Shown here one piece after another: positions 55,174-64,000 of a stretch of 64,000 bases of DNA. Source of the DNA: Octopus bimaculoides (lineage: Eukaryota); contig NC_068999.1 of the NCBI RefSeq assembly GCF_001194135.2, positions 17,028,364 through 17,092,363 of the forward strand, read 5' to 3'. The notes below the pieces were generated by a model. It searched no databases and was not told the origin of the DNA. It worked only from the letters and a program-made list of their open reading frames with translations. The first letter of the stretch is position 1. Each line of letters begins with the position of its first letter. The position numbers and the translations under genes were made by a program.

Positions 55174-55372
55174 GCCATTATTGATTTTTTGTTTTTGTAT
55201 TACGATCATCATTTACTTTTTCCCCAGCTACAAAGAGTGTTACCGCTTCCAACGATTTCCGTTGACATGTTATTCATGAAAGAGGAATGAAGTAGCTACT
55301 ACACAAAGATCAGAATCAAATCATAAAGATGGAATCTTGCAGCAGCAGAAGAATCAGCGGCAGCAGCCGTAT

Positions 55373-55433
<61 letters not shown>

Positions 55434-55820
55434 GGTGGTGGTGGTGGTGGTGGTAGTAGTATTAGTAGTAGTAGTGGTGGTGTTGGTAGTAATATTAGTG
55501 GTGGTGATGGTGGTGGTGGTGGTAGAGGTGGTGGTGGTGACGATGAGAATGATGATTTTGATGATAATGTTCATGATGATTATGATGATGATAATGATGA
55601 TGATGATGATGACGATGACGATGATGATGATGACAATGACGACGACGATGAGATAATGATGATGATGATGATGACGACAACGATGACGACGATGACGTTG
55701 ATGATTATGATGATGATGATGACGATGACGACGATGATGTTCACGATCATGATGATGCTGACGGTGAGGGTTATGATGGTGGTGATGGTGGCGACGATGA
55801 TAACGATGACGATAAATAAA
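55085..55820. repeat. Large compound trinucleotide arrays (TTA, TAG, TGG, GAT, GAC)
   Basis: Directly visible at 55085-55175 and 55370-55820. Confidence 0.95.
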
Positions 55821-56384
55821 GCAGAGGTATTAAAATTTAAAAGAGAAGAAAACAAGTTCAGCCAAAAAAAAAAACAAGCAAACCAAAAACAAATAAAGAA
55901 CAGCAATAACAACAACAACAACAAGAAAATAAGTAGACAGAAGAATAACAAGAGAGCATAAAAGGATGTGTAAAGAAACACAGAGCAAAACAGAGAAACG
56001 AAGAAAATTTTGTGAGGTAGGGATGTAAAAGTATTTGCTTGTAACTTATAAAAGGAAGATTCTGGAGCTTAAGAGAAAAGACATTTTTGTAACTGCTCAT
56101 GTTGACATTGTTGTAAAGGTGTTGCTATGATCTCCACTATGTTTTAGCAAATATACATACAAACACACACACACACATACACTTATATATACTTACATAT
56201 GTTTAGATTGTTTGCTCTTTTATTTCTCTGAGTGTCTACTATAGAAGTGCATGATCTCGTGTTTCCTAAGTCTTGTTGGTAGTAAAATTTCTTAAATGAA
56301 ACTAATAATATTTTTATTATTTTCATCATCATCATCATCACCACCACCACCACCGCCATCATCAAAATAGATAGTTGGAACGGA

Positions 56385-56500
56385 TTTTACTGCGTCGTAG
56401 ATAATGATTAGAGACGTTTTCTCCGTTTTTTTTTTTTTACGTTATGCGTTCAGATTCAGCCGAGGTCAACTTTGCTTTTCGTCTGTTAGGTTTCAATAAT
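56385..56500 (+). mobile_element. Degenerate SINE family B fragment
   Basis: TTACGTTATGCGTTCAGATTCAGCCGAGGTCAACTTTGCTTTTC. Confidence 0.65.
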
Positions 56501-56668
56501 ATATTTTCACAGCATTTTTTTACTGGCTGCCCATGTAATCGCCATAACCCATCTCATAAAACTACTAATCTTGGCCCAACACTTTGTTATTATTATTATT
56601 AGCATCATCATCGTCATCATCAGTTTTGTTTATTATGTCTGCGTACCTGTGTGTCTATGAATACATGA

Positions 56669-56715
<47 letters not shown>

Positions 56716-57049
56716 AATGTTTATGCATGTACATGTATATATGAGCGTGTGTACACACAAACACACACACAAGCAGAACCAAGAATACACACACATGCAT
56801 ATATCTATNNNNNNNNNNNNNNNNNNNNNNNNNNNNNNNNNNNNNNNNNNNNNNNNNNNNNNNNNNNNNNNNNNNNNNNNNNNNNNTATATATATATGAT
56901 ATATGTCTGTGAGAGAGCGAGAGAGAGAGAGTGTGTGTGCGCGCGCGTCAATTTATAGAAAGAACGAGATGGGTAGAAAGAGAAAGAGAGATACTAATGA
57001 GAACATTCCAAATATTTCTTGGACATGTCCAATAATTTTGTCGAAGTAA

Positions 57050-57780
57050 TTCAAAGACTCCAGCACTTCTACCAACTGCAATGAAGCGTAACTAATTTGC
57101 CTTTAACCTAGATAGCACGCAATTCTAACACCTCGCATCCGCTATGTTACCTTTCAGCTTACGGAGCCACTGAATCATCTCCTCTAACAGCTAATCGCGA
57201 GACATCTACAATCCCCCGTCAGTTAACACGGATATATCATACTTGTGTTTCTATTACAAGGCCTGTGAATATAGAAAGAAGTTTTGATGCTCTTGGCCCT
57301 GTTGTGGGCTACCACTTAAAATATCCACTTAGAATAAACACTTCTATCTCACAGCTGTGTGGATCACATCTTAATCTCTTTGGTCACGTTGCCTCGGCAG
57401 ATTCCCAGGACTCTTTGGCGCCATCCATTCCTTTATTGTGAATTTGAATCAGGAGCTTGAGTCATAAAGAATATTTCATTAGCTGATTACACAAAGATTG
57501 ATGACCTCCATATGGATGCGTTGCAGTTACTCACTTGATAGAGCCGGGGGATCCGGATCATTGATATTCAAGGATCTCTCCACACAGCAACGTTGCAAGG
57601 AGCACCGTTGGCTCAGTTGAGCTCTTACGCTACCACTTCCCATGATCTCATCGTATCCCTGTAGGGAGACTGAACGGGTGCCATACCTGGCCAACAAGCA
57701 ACCCGTAATTATGCAGGGCACCGTAGTCGTTCCGTGAGGTATCCTCAAAATACCCGCACATCCTAATACTCTGACTTATT
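57050..57780 (-). mobile_element. Possible very old non-LTR reverse-transcriptase remnant
   Basis: GC-richer island. Frameshifted minus-strand peptides TRSVSLQGY..SGSVR, LS/..NVAV, INL..ANEIFF and NVTK are collinear with RT domains 4-6 (GVRQG..LSP.LFN, YADD, N..K). Weak similarity judged by eye. Confidence 0.35.
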
Positions 57781-58734
57781 CGTCATGTAGCCTGCTTAAT
57801 ACATACTTCAACTTAGGACACTTAAGCGTTAGTAGAACTCACTTCTGCTTGATTTCCAAGTGAAACGCTCAGACAATTTCTTCCTCCGCGAACGCTTTAC
57901 AAAAATAAATTCCCTCATGACATTATGTATGCTCACGCATACTGAGTAGCGAGCAGTTCACTCTAACAATGTGACATTCCGGTAGATTATCTTCATGAAA
58001 TATAGATACAGCAAGACAGGTATTGGAACAATCAGAGGAAAATGTTCTAAAACGATACGGTAAGTTAATGGTTACCCAATCAAATTCAATATCAACGGGT
58101 CAGAAAAACTTTGCCAAAGTCTACTTCATCAAGCAGTCACATATCAGACATGACAATTATTGGAATTTGTAAGATTAATAATAGAGTGTTACGAAATTGC
58201 TGTTTTCTTTTGTATTTCTGTTGTTATTTAATTTTTTTTTTGTTGTTGTTGCTGTACTTTCATAGCGATGTCAAGAGAAGGTTGTGATGAAACACATCAA
58301 GCTGCGTATTTAGAATCTTAGATGTTATTCGGCGCTGAATGTCACAAAGTTCGTATTCTTTATTTGCAGAGACGAAATTCAGAATTGTAGCTGTTCTTCT
58401 GGGTGAGTCCTCAGTTCAACAATAAGATAGATGCAATCAATGGAAATTTATATTAAAAGAAAATAGTCAGCCGTTTTCGATTCACCATCGGTTTATTGTC
58501 AAAAGTGTGCACAGGACGCGACGGTCAAATGAAAAACAGAAGCTAGAAGCATCGTAATGAGTTTGTTGGACAACTTTTGTAGTTTGTGCATCAATGATGT
58601 ATATGTGTGTGTGCATATATATACATATATATATNNNNNNNNNNNNNNNNNNNNNNNNNNNNNNNNNNNNNNNNNNNNNNNNNNNNNNNNNNNNNNNNNN
58701 NNNNNNNNNNNNNNNNNNNNNNNNNNNNNNNNNN

Positions 58735-58777
<43 letters not shown>

Positions 58778-59584
58778 TTACCTATATATACATACATATT
58801 TGATCATGTATGTATGCTGCATATCGAATGTAATCCGATATATCACATTGTTAGTAGAAAGAGCATAACATTTTTGATTTTCACTTACGCTTTAAGAATT
58901 TGAAATTATTCTAATAAATTGCATTATAAATCATATTCACATTTATAATTTAACATTAACTGCCAATGCAATTATTATTGCAATTATCCATATAATAATA
59001 GTTATCAATGAGTGCTTGTCTTCATTTTGCAATTGTGTATTTTATTTACTACTACTGCTGTGAAAGTGGTTTAAATTGTCATTGTTGTTATTCCTTGTTT
59101 GGTAGTTCTTATTGTTGTTGTTGTTTTTATTGTTGTTGCTGCTGTTGTTGTTGATGTCTGAATTGATCGATCTTGTCTAAATTAATGTCTGATATTTAAA
59201 TGCCAACATATAATTGAATATCTGCTATCAAACTTTAACGTGGTATCGAGAATATGTAAAGTAGGAATTGCATAAGATTGTAATTATTTGAGAATTCATA
59301 AGCGTCTGTATGTATTAATGCGTCAATACATTGATTTCAGAAGTGCGATAGATACTTCTGAAACTTGTTGTAATCGAGACGAATCAATTACAAGTATTGT
59401 ATTATGGTGATATTCACATTTATCAACGAACATAACATTCAACAATGTATCTTCTATGTAATCGATCGACCTGCAAGTAATAACAGTGAATCGTCCTCAA
59501 ATGACAGCAACAGTTTTGTCTTTCAAAAAATATGGAAGCGATTCGATAATGCAGTTCAATATCTTTTTACCATTTATCTTATGG

Positions 59585-59790
59585 TTGTTTCAGTCATTAA
59601 ACTTTGACCATGGTGGGTCACAGCCTTGAAGTGTTCTAGTCTAAAAAGATTGATTCAAAACTGATTGTGTTTAGGTCTCGTGCATATCATATCGTTTTCA
59701 TTTACCAAATCGCTGTTGCAGGGATGTTAACAAACCACTGTAGGTTGTCAAGTGCTTGTCGTGGAACACGTGCAATCATACACACATATA
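59585..59790 (-). mobile_element. Old SINE family A 3' half
   Basis: TTGTTTCAGTCATT..ACCATGGTGG..CAGCCTTGAAG and a degenerate GGGATGTTAACAAACC..GGTTGTCAAG. Confidence 0.6.
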
Positions 59791-59908
59791 TCGGTATGTG
59801 TGTGTGTACGTGTATCTACATATCTATATATGTATATATATGCAGTGATATATATATTTTCAGGATTAAATAACAAAAGCTAATAAACGGAAAATATGAT
59901 GGAAAATA

Positions 59909-59963
<55 letters not shown>

Positions 59964-60399
59964 NNNNNNNNNNNNNNNNNNNNNNNNNNNNNNNNNNNNN
60001 NNNNNNNNNNNNNNNNNNNNNNNNNNNNNNNNNNNNNNNNNNNNNNNNNNNNNNNNNNNNNNNNNNNNNNNNNNNNNNNNNNNNNNNNNNNNNNNNNNNN
60101 NNNNNNNNNNNNNNNNNNNNNNNNNNNNNNNNNNNNNNNNNNNNNNNNNNNNNNNNNNNNNNNNNNNNNNNNNNNNNNNNNNNNNNNNNNNNNNNNNNNN
60201 NNNNNNNNNNNNNNNNNNNNNNNNNNNNNNNNNNNNNNNNNNNNNNNNNNNNNNNNNNTCTAGTAAATTCTGAACACCCAGCCATAACCGTATTTTATGA
60301 TTTTGTAACATATTTTTATTTTTGAAGGGAAATCATATTTTTTTTCTGTTATGCAATGTGTCAAATTTAGCCGAACTGACTGACAGCTTGTATATATAC

Positions 60400-60471
<72 letters not shown>

Positions 60472-61727
60472 GCATACATATATATATAATGATATATACA
60501 TATGTATATATATGTAGTTATATATATACATATATATACACATATATAAGTTCATATGTATATACATAAAAATTTAGACTCAGATGAATGTGGTACTTAA
60601 GTTGAGGCACCAGAATTTAGTACGGTATTATCCATACAATTTCAAAATAAGGTGATTAAAATCAAAATAAGCAACAAGGATATCCAGAGGTAATGCAGTA
60701 CGATCGTTTCAAGCAACTCCATTTAATTGAACAATACATTCATTACATTAATTTAAATGGAGAGCAATCTTCAGATGCATAAAGACATAGAATTCAATTA
60801 AATTAAAACACATGGACGCATAAATATAGTTTTGTCTAAAATCTCCAAGACCGTGATGAGATACACAAATAACATGCTGTCTTCACTTCAGCTTAGAAGC
60901 TACAAAAGTGTCAGAAAGAAAGACTTGTTACAGATTTTTCGTGTCACTGTTTTCTGGGGTCAGTTTTAATTTATTGACTAGTCTATCAAATCTTTGTATA
61001 TCTAAGGCCAAAAGAACATGGTGTAGTACCAGCTATATGTATATACATATATATGCACATATATATATATATATATATATANNNNNNNNNNNNNNNNNNN
61101 NNNNNNNNNNNNNNNNNNNNNNNNNNNNNNNNNNNNNNNNNNNNNNNNNNNNNNNNNNNNNNNNNNNNNNNNNNNNNNNNNNNNNNNNNNNNNNNNNNNN
61201 NNNNNNNNNNNNNNNNNNNNNNNNNNNNNNNNNNNNNNNNNNNNNNNNNNNNNNNNNNNNNNNNNNNNNNNNNNNNNNNNNNNNNNNNNNNNNNNNNNNN
61301 NNNNNNNNNNNNNNNNNNNNNNNNNNNNNNNNNNNNNNNNNNNNNNNNNNNNNNNNNNNNNNNNNNNNNNNNNNNNNNNNNNNNNNNNNNNNNNNNNNNN
61401 NNNNNNNNNNNNNNNNNNNNNNNNNNNNNNNNNNNNNNNNNNNNNNNNNNNNNNNNNNNNNNNNNNNNNNNNNNNNNNNNNNNNNNNNNNNNNNNNNNNN
61501 NNNNNNNNNNNNNNNNNNNNNNNNNNNNNNNNNNNNNNNNNNNNNNNNNNNNNNNNNNNNNNNNNNNNNNNNNNNNNNNNNNNNNNNNNNNNNNNNNNNN
61601 NNNNNNNNNNNNNNNNNNNNNNNNNNNNNNNNNNNNNNNNNNNNNNNNNNNNNNNNNNNNNNNNNNNNNNNNNNNNNNNNNNNNNNNNNNNNNNNNNNNN
61701 NNNNNNNNNNNNNNNNNNNNNNNNNNN

Positions 61728-61776
<49 letters not shown>

Positions 61777-61790
61777 GGAGGGAGGAGAGG

Positions 61791-61839
<49 letters not shown>

Positions 61840-62386
61840 GAAACGCCACCAAAAAAATGCGTAGCACTTTTAGACATTGCAGTAAACATTATGTCAAATG
61901 ATATACACTAAAAGAGCAAAAACAAAAGATGGAAATATAAACACATGAAAGGAATCTAAAATTGTACACAAAACTTAATGTATACATAACCAGAGGATTG
62001 TGGGATTATTGTAAAAGATAATGTTGCAAACATCAAGTATGCGATTATTTCCTTATATTTTATTATTATGGTTGCTGTTGGTTGGACAAACGTTTCGACA
62101 TCATAGTATACATTAATATACACACACTTAAGTGAACACAAACAAACGCACAAATTGAAATGTTTAGTGTTTGAGAATGTATCTCTATCTATGATTAACC
62201 CCATGTATTTATACATACTCGATTTATATAAGTTTCACTATTTATAGTGCCCCAGTTAAAGAGTGTCTACGAGACTGCTGAAACATCTTTAAATAATGAG
62301 CATTTTGTTCGCAATATATGTTTCTAATCTGAGAAGATGTAGGAAGTATTAAATCATGTAATTCGCCCGAAATACATTTTGACCAT

Positions 62387-62735
62387 AGATGATAGGTCTG
62401 CTCAGTTGAGTTTACTTAGTGCTAAACAAAAATATCCACAGTAAGTTAGATGAGATATATTTCATCAAAATGTACAGAATCGACCTCAGCTATTCTCTTT
62501 TAGATGACAGGTCTACCGGACGAGTTTACTTCGTGCTAAACAGAAACATACAGACTAAGACAGATTAGATATTTTATCAGAATGTGCAGAATCGACTTCA
62601 AATATTCTCTTATAGATGATAGGTCTGCTCAGTTGAGTTTCCTTAGTTTTAAACCAAAAACATGCGCAGTAAAATAGATTGAATAAACTTTATCAAAATG
62701 GGCAAGATCGACCACAAATACTCTTTTATAGAGAC
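62387..62735. repeat. Degenerate tandem array of three ~115-bp units
   Basis: Units start at 62387, 62502 and 62614 (115, 112, 116 bp). Shared blocks AGATGA.AGGTCT, GAGTTT, TAAAC, ATCA.AATG, ATCGAC and CTCTT. Confidence 0.9.
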
Positions 62736-63910
62736 GTGTTTATAAAATGTCTGATTGTATTTATTTCATCGTTTCTAATGGAAAATCTTAACCATTTTTC
62801 TTCATGTCTTTCTAATATTTATACTATGAAGGTATATATATATATATATATNNNNNNNNNNNNNNNNNNNNNNNNNNNNNNNNNNNNNNNNNNNNNNNNN
62901 NNNNNNNNNNNNNNNNNNNNNNNNNNNNNNNNNNNNNNNNNNNNNNNNNNNNNNNNNNNNNNNNNNNNNNNNNNNNNNNNNNNNNNNNNNNNNNNNNNNN
63001 NNNNNNNNNNNNNNNNNNNNNNNNNNNNNNNNNNNNNNNNNNNNNNNNNNNNNNNNNNNNNNNNNNNNNNNNNNNNNNNNNNNNNNNNNNNNNNNNNNNN
63101 NNNNNNNNNNNNNNNNNNNNNNNNNNNNNNNNNNNNNNNNNNNNNNNNNNNNNNNNNNNNNNNNNNNNNNNNNNNNNNNNNNNNNNNNNNNNNNNNNNNN
63201 NNNNNNNNNNNNNNNNNNNNNNNNNNNNNNNNNNNNNNNNNNNNNNNNNNNNNNNNNNNNNNNNNNNNNNNNNNNNNNNNNNNNNNNNNNNNNNNNNNNN
63301 NNNNNNNNNNNNNNNNNNNNNNNNNNNNNNNNNNNNNNNNNNNNNNNNNNNNNNNNNNNNNNNNNNNNNNNNNNNNNNNNNNNNNNNNNNNNNNNTATAT
63401 ATATATATATATATATATGGGAGATTTACGATAAAAACAACAACAGATGAGGACAGGTGGTGTAAACAACAAAAGGATGTATTCATATATATATATATAA
63501 TACCTTGGAAAATTTTCGACAAAAACAATGTTCATTGTTGAATTCAAAAATAAACATCACAACCAAATACACAAAAGAGGAAAAGATCTTTTTCCAGACT
63601 GGAGTTAAGTGGTACGAAACAGCAATATATTAACCTTAGAAGGTCGAGTACTGAACTACAAGATCAAGCACTTGCGTGACAGCTGCGTGTTATGTGACTT
63701 ACAATAACTGCTGTGTTACGTTGTAAGTACTTTATTTTATTGCAGACCATGTTGAAAATTTGTGGCATGACCAATACATTAAGATTGATATATTGGTTAG
63801 AGGTGACAGTGTCAAGATGTTGATTAAGTTCAACTCAATTAAACAAAACTTTGTAATCGGTAAAGACATAAATTTCATAACATCAAATGACACTTCATTC
63901 AGACTGCCAA

Positions 63911-63942
<32 letters not shown>

Positions 63943-64000
63943 TATATTATACCGAGTCGATATCTATATTCCCTTCCCATGTAAACGTGTAAAGGAAATT

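Noticed and set aside
55329-55961. 210-aa Ser/Gly/Asp/Met-rich ORF resembling a low-complexity structural or acidic protein
   Set aside because: It lies wholly in compound trinucleotide microsatellites, several frames on both strands are open, and there is no splice or domain support.
62387-62735. Possible CRISPR-like array (recurring 27-mer)
   Set aside because: The intervening sequence is homologous between units rather than unique spacers, the context is eukaryotic, and there are no cas genes.

Overview
AT-rich, repeat-dominated eukaryotic DNA from a gapped draft assembly. It is most likely an octopus (coleoid cephalopod); this is an inference from recalled tRNA-derived SINE families and the very high microsatellite load, not a database result. 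No host protein-coding gene, rRNA, genuine tRNA or CRISPR array can be supported, so the window reads as a large intron or intergenic region. Almost all long ORFs in the track are artefacts of microsatellites or N gaps. Supported content: several tRNA-derived SINE families (one nested insertion with a 16-bp target-site duplication); decayed Tc1/mariner elements, including a near full-length one at ~12290-13510 and a two-family chimera at ~36790-38031; RTE-type LINE 3' fragments ending in (ATGT)n; two restriction-like-endonuclease LINE 3' fragments; many simple and compound microsatellites; and a ~115-bp tandem array. The most unusual structures are a young, near-perfect 212-bp inverted duplication (28087-28298 / 28610-28825) and an older ~680-bp foldback element with ~240-bp inverted arms (9174-9854). 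I found no evidence for a novel multi-gene system.
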